A stretch of DNA of 64,000 nt from Kiritimatiellia bacterium (GCA_017648065.1 JAGCJJ010000007.1:4167-68166); one strand, 5' to 3'. Numbered from the stretch's first letter, positions 1 through 9,988 are shown. Notes: generated from the letters alone by a model not told the origin. Translations and numbers: made by a program.

Positions 1-1
1 A

Positions 2-127
2 GAGTCTCTTCATGCTCGTATTCAGGTACAAGAACATATTGCTTATCCAGAGGCACTTCGTTTACTAGCTGCAGGGAAGCTTTCAATTGAGGGACGCCGC
101 GTAAGAATTAATTCTGACGCTAAATAG
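2..127 (+). CDS. 3' end of an unidentified CDS truncated by the window edge (...AGKLSIEGRRVRINSDAK*)
   Basis: The frame is open from the window start to TAG at 125-127. It is too short for the ORF track and has no diagnostic motif. Confidence 0.3.
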   Translation, partial: ESLHARIQVQEHIAYPEALRLLAAGKLSIEGRRVRINSDAK

Positions 128-146
128 TGTTTTACTAAGATTAATC

Positions 147-653
147 ATGGCAAATTGGCGATTACGTGTACCTGTTAATGGTACAGATTCAAATGCTCCA
201 ATTTCTCGAGCAGATACAGAGCAAGCGGAATTTGCTACATTTCTTTCTGATGTAGTAAAAGCTGCGTTTGAAGATATTTCTGAGAGAGTAAAAGCAAAAG
301 GCCGAACTACTGAAATTCATATGGCTCTGTCTGGGATATCATTGACTGTGTTTTATAATGGAGTTGGAGAAATTTATTATCACGTATATCGCTATGCCTT
401 ACCTACGCGTATCTTTCCTTATGTGGAAGTTAAATACAAGGAACGAGGCAGTAGAAACTTTCGTGTAAGTCGAACAGGCTCGCCATTGATTGATTTTAAT
501 AAAACTAATATTACCATAAAAGAAATTACAAAAGAGCATGTGATTGCTTCTTTTGATAGATATTATAATGATGTTTTAAGTGCGATGGCAGAAGCAGAGG
601 CAAGCGAAGCTGCCGTGCGAGATGAGTATAATCATGATAAAAAAACAGAATAA
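147..653 (+). CDS. hypothetical protein (168 aa), no recognisable motif
   Basis: ORF-track ORF, co-directional with its neighbours. Its 3' end overlaps the start of the next gene. Confidence 0.45.
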   Translation: MANWRLRVPVNGTDSNAPISRADTEQAEFATFLSDVVKAAFEDISERVKAKGRTTEIHMALSGISLTVFYNGVGEIYYHVYRYALPTRIFPYVEVKYKERGSRNFRVSRTGSPLIDFNKTNITIKEITKEHVIASFDRYYNDVLSAMAEAEASEAAVRDEYNHDKKTE

Positions 654-1506
654 AAACACTAATTCATGGGTTGTTCAAAAACCAGAAAACGGCATGACTC
701 TTCAAGATTATCTTGCAGAGAAATTGAATGCTTCTAAGCGTGTGGCAAAGCAGCAAATTGATGCAAAGGTTGTTCGCATCAATGGTCAGCTTGTGTGGAT
801 GGCACGTCATAAGGTCCGTACAAATGATACTATTGCTGTGGCAACAGTTGTTAAGTCTCCTACAGCAGTATCTGCTCGTCCTAAAAATATAAAGGTACTT
901 TTTGAGGATGACTATTATTTAGTTGTTGATAAACCTCGTGGAATTTTGGTTAATGAGGCAACAGTTTCTGTAGAGACAATTCTTCGCGAGCAAACAGGTA
1001 TCCCAACACTTCAGGTTTCTCATCGCTTGGATAGAGATACAACTGGTTGCCTAATTGTTTCCAAAACAGAAGAAGCACACAATGCGATTGTTGAAGTTTT
1101 TAAGCGCCATTGTGTAGCAAAAACATATCGTACAATTGTTCATGGTCGCTGGGATGCAACTTCTTCTACAATTGATTTGCCAGTCGATGGACAGCGTGCA
1201 CTTTCTAATATTCATTGTCTTCAAGCAAATGCAGATGCAAGCCATTTGTCTGTTCGTATTGAAACAGGTCGTACTCACCAGATTCGTAAGCATTTGGCAA
1301 TGGCACGTCACCCTGTACTTGGTGATGGAACATATGGCTTTAAGGTTGTAGAAAGCGTTCAACTTCAGAAGATAACCTACCCATTATTGCATGCGGTAGA
1401 ATTAGAATTTGAGCATCCTTTTGCTAATAAAGTAATGAAGGTATTTTCTCCATTGCCACAAGAGTTTCATCGTTGGCTTTCATTCCTAAAGTTGTCTCCT
1501 CGTTAA
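622..1506 (+). CDS. RluA-family (RluD/RluC-like) 23S rRNA pseudouridine synthase with N-terminal S4 domain
   Basis: Catalytic motif HRLDRDTTGCLIVSK, plus GRTHQIRKHLA and an S4-like N-terminus (QDYLAEKL...RINGQLV). The track ORF starts at 580; ATG 622 or 634 is the more likely start. Confidence 0.85.
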   Translation: MSIIMIKKQNKNTNSWVVQKPENGMTLQDYLAEKLNASKRVAKQQIDAKVVRINGQLVWMARHKVRTNDTIAVATVVKSPTAVSARPKNIKVLFEDDYYLVVDKPRGILVNEATVSVETILREQTGIPTLQVSHRLDRDTTGCLIVSKTEEAHNAIVEVFKRHCVAKTYRTIVHGRWDATSSTIDLPVDGQRALSNIHCLQANADASHLSVRIETGRTHQIRKHLAMARHPVLGDGTYGFKVVESVQLQKITYPLLHAVELEFEHPFANKVMKVFSPLPQEFHRWLSFLKLSPR

Positions 1507-1510
1507 TAAT

Positions 1511-2110
1511 ATGAAAAAACTTTTGCCACCACTTAACAATTCAATGCTTGAAGAGTTAGCTAGTTGTCTGACTTCTGGTGGCACTGTGCTTTTCCCAACA
1601 GAAACAGTTTATGGCATTGCAGCACATCCGCAAAAGCTTGATGGAATTAAGCGAATTATCGAACTGAAATCTCGTGATCCAAATAAGCCAATGCAGCTAT
1701 TGCTTGCAAATGTAGAACAACTTGAAAAACTTTCAGGCTTAATAGTACCACCATTAGCAAAAGCAATAGCTCAGCGCTTTTGGCCGGGTGCATTAACTAT
1801 GGTTTTACATTATGAGAATGGAGGCACAGAGGGTTTGCGTGTGCCAAATTCAGCAATCGCACAACAGCTTTGTATGGCTGCTGGTGGAGCACTTCGTACA
1901 ACCAGTGCCAATGTCAGTGGTGAGGCGCCTGCATTAAATGCAGATGATGCTATTGCTGCAATTCCAGAAGCGGATTATGCTATCGTAGGAGAAATTGCAG
2001 CAATAGGTGTCTCTAGTACAGTTTGCGAAATTTTTCCTTCGGGCGAGTTGAAAGTCCTTCGACAAGGGCCAATCTCGGAAGAAGAGCTTAGAAGTGCAAT
2101 CAGTAAATAA
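1511..2110 (+). CDS. tsaC: L-threonylcarbamoyladenylate synthase, YrdC/TsaC type (t6A biosynthesis)
   Basis: YrdC-domain motifs FPTETVYGIAA, PMQLL and SANVSGE. The ~200 aa size fits the short TsaC form. Confidence 0.8.
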   Translation: MKKLLPPLNNSMLEELASCLTSGGTVLFPTETVYGIAAHPQKLDGIKRIIELKSRDPNKPMQLLLANVEQLEKLSGLIVPPLAKAIAQRFWPGALTMVLHYENGGTEGLRVPNSAIAQQLCMAAGGALRTTSANVSGEAPALNADDAIAAIPEADYAIVGEIAAIGVSSTVCEIFPSGELKVLRQGPISEEELRSAISK

Positions 2111-2245
2111 ATGACTTACACAAAAGCTCATACAGAAAGCAGAGAATGTTGACACATTTCAAAATATAAGGTAAATTATAGTAACAATAAAAGCGGATTT
2201 TTGAACAAATTTTTATTCACAAAGATTATCAAGAAAGAGCAGATT

Positions 2246-3928
2246 ATGAAAAAATATTCTATCGGTGTAGATTATGGAACAAATAGCGTTCGCGCAGTAG
2301 TTGTTGATATTGAGAATGGTAATGAATTAGCAGCAAGTGTATTCCCATATCCATCAGGTACAGATGGCGTAATACTTTCTGCAAAGGACCCACAACTAGC
2401 ACGCCAGAATCCAGCTGATTATATTGATGGATTTTTTGCTACAGTAACAGATGCTCTTAAAAAAGCAAAGAAGGCTTGCAAAGGATTTTCTCCTGATCAA
2501 GTAATTGGTATTGGCGTAGACAGCACAGGCTCAACACCAATTCCAGTTGATAAGTCTGGTACTCCTCTTGCTCTTAAAAAAGCATTTGCTAAAAACCCTA
2601 ACGCTCATGCATGGCTTTGGAAAGACCATACCTCATTTGAAGAGGCAGCAAAAATTACAAAACTAGCATCAAATTATAAGGTTAAGTATCTTGATAAGTG
2701 CGGTGGTACTTATTCATCTGAATGGTTCTGGGCAAAGGTATGGCATTGCTACAATATTGATCGTAAGGTTTTTGATGCTGCTTATTCATGGGTTGAGCTT
2801 TGCGACTTTATTCCTGCTTTTATTACAGACAATCTAAATCCTCTAACAATGCGTCGTAGCATCTGTGCCGCAGGTCATAAGGCTCTTTTCTCAGAAGAGT
2901 GGGGTGGCCTACCTTCTAAGGATTTTCTAAAGAAGCTTGCTCCTGAGCTAGCAGAATTGCGTGATCGCCTATATACACAGGCAGTTCCTTCTAATTGGCC
3001 AGCTGGCACTCTTTCAAAGAATGCTGCAGAGCTTACAGGTCTAAAGGAAGGCATTACAGTTGCTGTTGGTGCTTTTGACTGTCATCACGGTGCTGTCGGT
3101 TCAGGCGTAACTCCAGGCACATTGGTTAAGACAATAGGTACAAGTACTTGTGATATTATGGTTGCTGAGCCAACAGAGAATACAGTTGATATTCCTGGTG
3201 TTTGTGGCATTGTCCCTGGTTCTGTAATCCCTGGATTATTAGGTATTGAGGCTGGCCAGTCTGCTGTAGGTGATATCTTTAAGTGGTATGTAGATCGTTT
3301 GCTTCCTGCTGATTTTGTTTGCGATAATCCTTATGGAAAGCTAGAGAAAGAAGCATCAAAGCTTCGCCCTGGTGAGTCCGGACTTCTTGCGCTTGATTGG
3401 AATAATGGAAACCGTACAGTTCTTGTTGATCCAATGCTAACAGGTAATATCATGGGTTTGACTCTCTATACAACTGCTCCAGAAATTTATCGTGCTCTAA
3501 TTGAAGCTACAGCATTTGGTGCCCTTGTAATTATCAAGCGCGTAGAAGAGTATGGTACAAAGGTAAAAGAGGTAGTAACATGTGGTGGTCTTGCAGAGAA
3601 GAGCCCTCTTCTAATGCAGATTTATGCAGATATCTTAAATCGTAAGATTCGCATCAGTCGCAGTGCTCAGTCTTGTGCATTGGGTGCAGCAATTTTTGGT
3701 GCTGTTGCAGCTGGCGAATTTGGTGGCGATGTTTGCGCTGCACAAAAGGCAATGACAGGTACAAAGGATATTGTCTACAAGCCAATCCCAGAAAATGTAA
3801 AGGTTTATTCAAAGCTATTTAAGCTTTATATGAAGTTGCATGATTCATTTGGTGTAAAGGGAACAAGCCAGGATCTTTCTTCTGTAATGAAGGATCTAAT
3901 TGCTATTCGCGCAGCAGCTCGTTCTTAA
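2246..3928 (+). CDS. araB: ribulokinase (FGGY carbohydrate kinase family)
   Basis: Similar to E. coli AraB along its length as I recall it: IGVDYGTNSVRAVVVD, GIGVDSTGSTP, YSSEWFWAKV, GAFDCHHGAVG, IGTSTCD, LEAGQSAVGDI. The track ORF begins at TTG 2201; ATG 2246 is preferred. Confidence 0.9.
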   Translation: MKKYSIGVDYGTNSVRAVVVDIENGNELAASVFPYPSGTDGVILSAKDPQLARQNPADYIDGFFATVTDALKKAKKACKGFSPDQVIGIGVDSTGSTPIPVDKSGTPLALKKAFAKNPNAHAWLWKDHTSFEEAAKITKLASNYKVKYLDKCGGTYSSEWFWAKVWHCYNIDRKVFDAAYSWVELCDFIPAFITDNLNPLTMRRSICAAGHKALFSEEWGGLPSKDFLKKLAPELAELRDRLYTQAVPSNWPAGTLSKNAAELTGLKEGITVAVGAFDCHHGAVGSGVTPGTLVKTIGTSTCDIMVAEPTENTVDIPGVCGIVPGSVIPGLLGIEAGQSAVGDIFKWYVDRLLPADFVCDNPYGKLEKEASKLRPGESGLLALDWNNGNRTVLVDPMLTGNIMGLTLYTTAPEIYRALIEATAFGALVIIKRVEEYGTKVKEVVTCGGLAEKSPLLMQIYADILNRKIRISRSAQSCALGAAIFGAVAAGEFGGDVCAAQKAMTGTKDIVYKPIPENVKVYSKLFKLYMKLHDSFGVKGTSQDLSSVMKDLIAIRAAARS

Positions 3929-3997
3929 TTTATGTTTTAATTATATATGTGGTGTAATTGATTTTTAAGTTACACCACATATTTAAACTTTGTTTTT

Positions 3998-4849
3998 ATG
4001 TCAGAAATACCAAAATCATTATTACTCTTGGCAGGATGGGGAGATTATCCTCAACTTGTTATAGAAGGTGCTCGCAAAGCTGGTGTTGAAAAAATTATTG
4101 TAATTGGCTTTAAGGGAAGCACACAGAAAAAAGTTTTGCGTGCAGCAGATGAAAAGCATTTGCTTGGCCTTGGAGATGGAAAAGGTTTTTTCAAATGCCT
4201 TGAGCAACTTAAATGTGATGCTGTTGTATTAGCAGGACAAATCAATCCATTGTCAATCTTTCGTACTCGCTTTGATAGTGTGATGTTAAAATTGATAAAA
4301 GAGGTGGGTATAAGTAATGCACATACTCTTTATGGAAAACTATCTGAAATTTTGAATGGTTATGGGATGGAGGTTTTGCCGGCATCATTCTTTATGTGCG
4401 AACATATCCCATCTGCAGGTGTGCTAACAGAAAAGCAGCTAACCCTAGAGCAACAGAAGGATGTTGATTATGGTAATGAGATTGCGATGGGGAATTGTAA
4501 TTTAGATGTAGGTCAAACCACAATTGTAAAGAATGGTGTAGTTGTTGCAGTGGAAGGTATTGATGGTACAAATGCAACAATTAAACGCTGCAAAAAGATT
4601 TGTGGAAAGGGTGCTGTGGTTATTAAAGTAGCAAAAGAAAATCATGATATGCGCTTTGATATTCCTGTCATTGGTACTCGAACCATTAAAATTATGAAGA
4701 AAGCCAAAGCATCTGTCCTTAGTATTCAAGCAGGTAGAACAATTGTGTTAAATCTGCCAAAGGTTGTCAAGAAAGCAGATGCGGCAGGAATTTCAATAGT
4801 GGCTGTTCAAACATCATATCCAAGTGCTCCTGTAGCATGCAGAGAATAG
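3998..4849 (+). CDS. lpxI: UDP-2,3-diacylglucosamine pyrophosphatase LpxI (DUF1009 family)
   Basis: N-terminal LLAGWGDYPQL and C-terminal FDIPVIGTRTI...SIQAG are typical of LpxI. The gene sits directly upstream of lpxB. Confidence 0.8.
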   Translation: MSEIPKSLLLLAGWGDYPQLVIEGARKAGVEKIIVIGFKGSTQKKVLRAADEKHLLGLGDGKGFFKCLEQLKCDAVVLAGQINPLSIFRTRFDSVMLKLIKEVGISNAHTLYGKLSEILNGYGMEVLPASFFMCEHIPSAGVLTEKQLTLEQQKDVDYGNEIAMGNCNLDVGQTTIVKNGVVVAVEGIDGTNATIKRCKKICGKGAVVIKVAKENHDMRFDIPVIGTRTIKIMKKAKASVLSIQAGRTIVLNLPKVVKKADAAGISIVAVQTSYPSAPVACRE

Positions 4850-4865
4850 AAGGAATTCCTTTATT

Positions 4866-6044
4866 ATGAATAATTCTGCAGGAAAGAAATCTGTCCGCAT
4901 TATGATATGTGCGGGAGAGGTAAGTGGCGAGCTTTATGCTGCGAATATAATGCAGGTAATTAAGCACGAACTGGGCAATGCTTACAATATTGAATTTTTT
5001 GGTATTGGTGGCGATAAAATGGTTGCTGAAGGTGCTGAAATTATTGCTCATGTATCCCAAACAGGAGTAATGGGATTATGGGAGGTGTTAAAGCGCGTAA
5101 GATTCTTTACAAAACTAAAGAAGCAATTACAAGAAATGATAGATATTCGTAAACCAGATATTTTGTTTACAATAGATTATCCAGGAATGAATATGCGCAT
5201 TGCAGAATATGCACATAATAAAGGGATTAAAACAATTCACTTTATTTGTCCTCAGGTATGGGCTTGGCATCAAGAGCGAATTCCAAAAATTGCTACGATT
5301 TTTGATCATTTAATAACAATTTTCCCTTTTGAAGTAAAATTGTTTGATGAATATAATTTAGATTGTCGTTTTTTAGGCCATCCAATGGTAGATGTGATTG
5401 CTGCAACAAAGCGTGAATCTTCTCCTGAATTACCATGGAAGGGCGGATATCGAATTGCTCTATTCCCTGGCAGTCGTCGTAATGAAATTGCTCGACTTTT
5501 ACCAGATATTCTTAAAGCAGCAACACTTGTGGAGAAAGAGCTTGGTGAATGCTCTTTCATAATACCTACACCTACAAAGCAGATTGATAAATTGGTTCGT
5601 TCTGTTCTTGCAAAATGTAAGATTGTTCCAAAGAATCTTGAACTTTGTTCTGGTAACTCCCGTCATGTTCTTCAGCAATCAATTGCAGCTATAATTAAGT
5701 CAGGTACTTCGACATTGGAAGCTGCATTGATGGAGTGCCCACATATTGTAATCTATAAGGTAAGTAAACTTACAGAGATTATTGCTCGCCGTTTAATTAA
5801 AGGCGTGAAAAATGTAGGAATAGTAAATATTGTTGCTGATAAAGAAATAACCCCTGAGCTTTTACAAGATGCAGTAACACCAGAAAGAATGGCTGCGGAA
5901 CTAATACCTTTGATAAAAGATGGAGAAGCACGTACAAAACAGCTGGCAGAACTGCAACGTGTTTGCGATTTGCTTGGAGAAGATGGTGCAATTTTACGTA
6001 CAGGAAAATTTGTATCAGAGAAAGTTTTAGAGGTCGTTTCTTAA
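4866..6044 (+). CDS. lpxB: lipid-A-disaccharide synthase
   Basis: IMICAGEVSGELYAANIM, FFGIGGDKM, IDYPGMNMRIA and LFPGSRRNEI are LpxB hallmarks. Confidence 0.9.
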   Translation: MNNSAGKKSVRIMICAGEVSGELYAANIMQVIKHELGNAYNIEFFGIGGDKMVAEGAEIIAHVSQTGVMGLWEVLKRVRFFTKLKKQLQEMIDIRKPDILFTIDYPGMNMRIAEYAHNKGIKTIHFICPQVWAWHQERIPKIATIFDHLITIFPFEVKLFDEYNLDCRFLGHPMVDVIAATKRESSPELPWKGGYRIALFPGSRRNEIARLLPDILKAATLVEKELGECSFIIPTPTKQIDKLVRSVLAKCKIVPKNLELCSGNSRHVLQQSIAAIIKSGTSTLEAALMECPHIVIYKVSKLTEIIARRLIKGVKNVGIVNIVADKEITPELLQDAVTPERMAAELIPLIKDGEARTKQLAELQRVCDLLGEDGAILRTGKFVSEKVLEVVS

Positions 6045-6209
6045 TTGTGTTCTGGTGAATTCTCATTTGTATTGTATGAGAGTTATCTTTAATTACGCAT
6101 AATAGCGATTGTATTGCTTTTGTTAATAAGATTTGAAGCAAAGTTAATTTTTTAATGGTTTGTTTTTTGAAAATATTCGTTGATTTTTAAAAAAATATTT
6201 AGTATTTTA

Positions 6210-6308
6210 TTTTCATCTAACGGGGTGCTGTTATCGAGGTGGTAACGGCTGAGAATAAACCCATTGAACCTGAAACGGGTAATGCCGGCGTAGGAAAGAA
6301 AATGAAAA
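6210..6308 (+). promoter_or_regulatory. TPP (THI-box) riboswitch
   Basis: Conserved cores are GGGGUGC (6222-6228), GGCUGAGA (6247-6254) and ACCC-N2-UGAACCUGA-N3-GGGUAAUGCCGGCGUAGGAA. A P1 candidate pairs UUUUCAU (6210-6216) with AUGAAAA (6302-6308). It lies 44 nt upstream of thi4. Confidence 0.9.
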
Positions 6309-6351
6309 CATTTTATTGTTTAGACAATTATAGTGTGCATTTAGCACCGAC

Positions 6352-7176
6352 ATGCCCAAAGCATTGGAGTCAACAACTCCTGAAAGGATATTCGGTATGT
6401 CGGCAGAGAATATAATCTCCACAGCAATTGTTAAAAGTTTTAGCGAAAAATTTATTAGTGGCTTAAAGTTAGATGTTGCCATCGTTGGTGGTGGTCCTTC
6501 TGCACTTGTAGCAGCACATGATTTAGCTAAGTCTGGGCTTAAAACAGCAATCTTTGAAAGAAAGCTTTCTCCTGGTGGTGGCACATGGGGTGGTGGTATG
6601 CTTTTTAATGAAGTTGTTGTTCAAGATGAAGCCTTAAATATTCTTGATGATTTTAGTATCACACATAAGCCTCTTTCTGATGCAGAAGGATATCATACAT
6701 TGGATTCTGTAGAAATGGCTAGTGGACTCATCTTTGGTGCATTGAAAGCTGGTGCTAAAATATTTAATTCCATCAGTGTTGAAGATTTAGTCTTTAAAGA
6801 TGGTAAAGTTAATGGATTGGTAATTAATTGGACTGCGATTGAAAGATTAGGCTTGCATGTTGATCCATTAACAGTAATTGCAGAGAATGTTATTGACGGA
6901 ACAGGACACCCAAGCGAAATTTTAAATCTCGCTGTAAAGAAGGCAAAAATTAAGCTTTCTACTCCAACAGGTGACATAATTGGAGAAAAACCTATGTGGG
7001 TAGAAAATGGAGAAGCCTCAACTATTGAAAATACACGTGAATATTTCCCAAATTTGTATGCTTGTGGTATGAGCGCAAATAATGTAATGGGAGGATATCG
7101 CATGGGACCTATCTTTGGTGGAATGCTTATGTCTGGAAGAAAAGTAGCTCAGTTAATTATTGAGAAAGGTAAATAA
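6352..7176 (+). CDS. thi4: Thi4-family thiazole synthase (His-type, archaeal-like)
   Basis: FAD/NAD fold VAIVGGGPSALVAAHDL, plus SPGGGTWGGGMLFN, GLHVDPLT and GMSANNVMGGYRMGPIFGGMLMSG. Confidence 0.9.
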   Translation: MPKALESTTPERIFGMSAENIISTAIVKSFSEKFISGLKLDVAIVGGGPSALVAAHDLAKSGLKTAIFERKLSPGGGTWGGGMLFNEVVVQDEALNILDDFSITHKPLSDAEGYHTLDSVEMASGLIFGALKAGAKIFNSISVEDLVFKDGKVNGLVINWTAIERLGLHVDPLTVIAENVIDGTGHPSEILNLAVKKAKIKLSTPTGDIIGEKPMWVENGEASTIENTREYFPNLYACGMSANNVMGGYRMGPIFGGMLMSGRKVAQLIIEKGK

Positions 7177-7179
7177 CAA

Positions 7180-7836
7180 GTGAAAAGAACTTTGGCTGAG
7201 CGAATTGAAATGTTCAATTCTTCTGACATTTATCCAGTTGTAAGTTCAAATTTTTGCAATGGACGTGACGTAACAGACGTTGTCGCGTCCATTGCACGCG
7301 GTGGCGCAAAGATTGTTCAGCTTCGAGAAAAAACTTGCTCTGACCATCAGCTTTTTGAACTTACAAAGCAATGTAAAATGATTACAGATGAATATAATAT
7401 GTTGCTTATTGTAGATGATAGGTTAGACATTGCTTTGGCTGCTGGTGCAGATGGCGTTCATCTTGGGCAGGATGATTTACCAATATCTGTGGCACGTAAC
7501 TTAGCTCCTGAATTATTGCTCGGAGCTTCGACGCATAATAAAAATGAAATTCTTGAGGCAATGGATGCTGGTTGTTCATATCTGAATATGGGGCCAATGT
7601 TTCCAACAAAAACAAAAAGTGTTCAATGTGGGGCTTTGGGATTGGAGTTTATTGAAGAATTAAAGGGATATGTAAAATGTCCATTCTCAGTTATGGGAGG
7701 AATAAAAGGGGAGCATATTCCATTACTTTCATCAAAAGGGTATAAACATATAGCTATGGTTACAGAGATAACTCAAGCAGTAAATATCGAAGAGAAGGTA
7801 AAACAACTTAGGTATATTATGAGTGATGCAACTTAG
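7180..7836 (+). CDS. thiE: thiamine-phosphate synthase
   Basis: IVQLREK, DDRLDIALAAGADGVHLGQDDL, GASTHN, and GG near the C-terminus. GTG start, 3 nt after the thi4 stop. Confidence 0.85.
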   Translation: MKRTLAERIEMFNSSDIYPVVSSNFCNGRDVTDVVASIARGGAKIVQLREKTCSDHQLFELTKQCKMITDEYNMLLIVDDRLDIALAAGADGVHLGQDDLPISVARNLAPELLLGASTHNKNEILEAMDAGCSYLNMGPMFPTKTKSVQCGALGLEFIEELKGYVKCPFSVMGGIKGEHIPLLSSKGYKHIAMVTEITQAVNIEEKVKQLRYIMSDAT

Positions 7837-7846
7837 AATTGGATTT

Positions 7847-8701
7847 ATGGAAAATAGAAAAAATAGCACTAATAATTTTCCTGTAACTCTTACAATAGCA
7901 GGAAGTGATTCTGGAGGAGGGGCAGGGATCCAAGCAGATTTACGAACATTCTCTCACTTAAATGTTTATGGATGTTCTGTAATTACTGCAATAACCGCAC
8001 AAAACCCTAATGAGGTGAGGTTAGTAAATGTATTATCAGATGAGATAATAATATCTCAGTTAGATACTGTTTTTTCTGCATTTAACATTAATGTGGTAAA
8101 AACAGGTATGCTTCCTAATGAGAATATTGTCAATGTTGTGGCAAACTATATCAAACAACGAAAGCTCGTAGCTGTTGTTGATCCGGTTATGGTTTCCACA
8201 TCAGGTGTCAGGTTGGTAGATACAAACAGTGTGCAAGCAATTAAGAAAACTCTTTTACCATTAGCTACATGGATTACACCAAACATTCCAGAGGCAGAGC
8301 TGATTGTAGGGAAAGAAATAAACTCTTTTGATGATATATTAAATGCTGCGTTGGAGATATTTAATATATATAAGTGTAATGTCGTCTTAAAATGTGGACA
8401 TGCTACTTGGTTAGATAAAGCAAAAGATGTGGTGTGCTATGGGGGGATGCTTTATTTATTAACTTCACCATTGCTTGAAATTGTTAACAACGAAGCACAT
8501 GGTACAGGATGTACATTAAGTTCTGCGATGGCAGCATGTTTAGCTCAAGGGAAAGCATGGGAGGATGCAATCAAAGAAGCTAAGGCATTTGTTTATGGAT
8601 CTCTATTTGAGAAGGTTTATTTGAAAGAAAATTTTGCTCAAATGTTCCCTCCAAAATTAGATTATATTGATGCGGTTATGTTAGAGAAAATGAACTATTA
8701 A
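7847..8701 (+). CDS. thiD: hydroxymethylpyrimidine/phosphomethylpyrimidine kinase
   Basis: LTIAGSDSGGGAGIQADLRTF, VKTGML, DPVMVSTSG, GTGCTLSSA. The track start at 7823 overlaps thiE; ATG 7847 is equally possible. Confidence 0.9.
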   Translation: MENRKNSTNNFPVTLTIAGSDSGGGAGIQADLRTFSHLNVYGCSVITAITAQNPNEVRLVNVLSDEIIISQLDTVFSAFNINVVKTGMLPNENIVNVVANYIKQRKLVAVVDPVMVSTSGVRLVDTNSVQAIKKTLLPLATWITPNIPEAELIVGKEINSFDDILNAALEIFNIYKCNVVLKCGHATWLDKAKDVVCYGGMLYLLTSPLLEIVNNEAHGTGCTLSSAMAACLAQGKAWEDAIKEAKAFVYGSLFEKVYLKENFAQMFPPKLDYIDAVMLEKMNY

Positions 8702-8774
8702 ATAACAAAGTTTTGTAGTAACATAGCCTGTGGGGATAAAAACATTTTGCCCAAAATATACTTTATTATTTGTG

Positions 8775-8804
8775 TTGACTATTGTTCAATAAATTTGGTA
8801 AATT
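8775..8804 (+). promoter_or_regulatory. putative sigma70-type promoter (TTGACT-18-TAAATT) for the OM beta-barrel gene
   Basis: Read directly from the sequence. A strong SD (AAGGAG, 8865-8870) follows, 7 nt before ATG 8878. Confidence 0.35.
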
Positions 8805-8877
8805 TAATACATAACGAATTGCAAGATAAAAGCTTGAAAAATAATTAAAAAAAGATTTTAAAATAAGGAGTTAAATA

Positions 8878-9927
8878 ATGGATAAAAAATCACTGATTGC
8901 TTCATTTGCAGCTATTCAGGCATGTGCTCTTCTAGCAGCAGATCAGCCTGCAACACTAGCTTCAGATGTTAAAGAAGGTAAGGTTTCAAATCTTTTAGAG
9001 TCTATTGAGCCAGGTAATATGATGATTACTGACTATATTAGACTAGGTGTAGAGGCAGAGTTTATTGGTCGTTATCGTGAGGGTTCAGTACAAACAGAAG
9101 AGTCTCAAGATGATTTTTATTTTGATACATTAGATATCTCTTTAGATATTAACGTATCAGAGAACATTTCTTTCAAAACAGTTTTCGAGTATGATGACTA
9201 CGAAGATGATTTTGGTGTAGATACTGCTCAGTTCGATATCAAACTAAATGATAACCTATCATTCACGGTTGGTAAGGCATATATCCCATTTGGTCGTTTT
9301 TCAACAGATATGATTACAGATCCTTTCACAGAGGATTTTGCAGAAATTTGTGAGACAACAGTTGGTGCTACATACAATTTTGACGACACACTTATCTTCT
9401 CTGCTTGGTTATACCAGACAGATATCGAAGATGAGTTTAATAATTATGCTTTGACATCAGAATTCCGCACAGCTGATTGGTTGTCTTTTGGTGTAGCTTT
9501 TGTATCTGATATTGCTGCTGGTTATCTTCAGGAACGTTATTTTGAAACTCAGCCTTCTGGTAATTATGATCAGACAGCTGGTATCAATGTTTGGTTTGCT
9601 CTAACTCCTTCAGAGAAGTTCCGCTTCTATGGTGAGTTTATTGGTGCTCTTGATAACATTGATTTTATGGGCGGTGAGACACCTCGCGCATGGAGCTTTG
9701 ATGCTTCATACGATGCAACAGATGTTGTAACTGTTGCTGCTCGTTACGAGGGAGCTAGCTCTTTCGGTACTGCAATGCATTATATTTCTAGCCGCTTTGG
9801 TGGTGCTGTTAAGTATGCATATAACGATTTCATCACATTCGGTGTTGAGTATATGTTCGCAGAATACGAGAATATTGAAGAAGATGGTAGTCATGAGTTC
9901 GCAGGTAGCGTAGCTATTGAATTCTAA
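8878..9927 (+). CDS. putative outer-membrane beta-barrel protein / porin
   Basis: Signal peptide (…ACALLA/ADQ), alternating amphipathic aromatic-rich segments, an acidic composition, and a C-terminal ...VAIEF with terminal Phe typical of OMPs. Confidence 0.5.
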   Translation: MDKKSLIASFAAIQACALLAADQPATLASDVKEGKVSNLLESIEPGNMMITDYIRLGVEAEFIGRYREGSVQTEESQDDFYFDTLDISLDINVSENISFKTVFEYDDYEDDFGVDTAQFDIKLNDNLSFTVGKAYIPFGRFSTDMITDPFTEDFAEICETTVGATYNFDDTLIFSAWLYQTDIEDEFNNYALTSEFRTADWLSFGVAFVSDIAAGYLQERYFETQPSGNYDQTAGINVWFALTPSEKFRFYGEFIGALDNIDFMGGETPRAWSFDASYDATDVVTVAARYEGASSFGTAMHYISSRFGGAVKYAYNDFITFGVEYMFAEYENIEEDGSHEFAGSVAIEF

Positions 9928-9957
9928 GAAAAATTTTTATCAATAAATAATTTTAAT

Positions 9958-9988
9958 AGGCAGTGGAGCAATCCACTGCCTATTTTTT
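9958..9988 (+). terminator. rho-independent terminator
   Basis: AGGCAGTGGA-GCAA-TCCACTGCCT followed by TATTTTTT, 31 nt after the stop codon. Confidence 0.85.

Noticed and set aside
6231-6584. 117-aa minus-strand ORF covering the TPP riboswitch and the thi4 5' end
   Set aside because: The region is fully explained by the riboswitch and by thi4, whose FAD-binding motif is in the plus frame. This is a shadow ORF.
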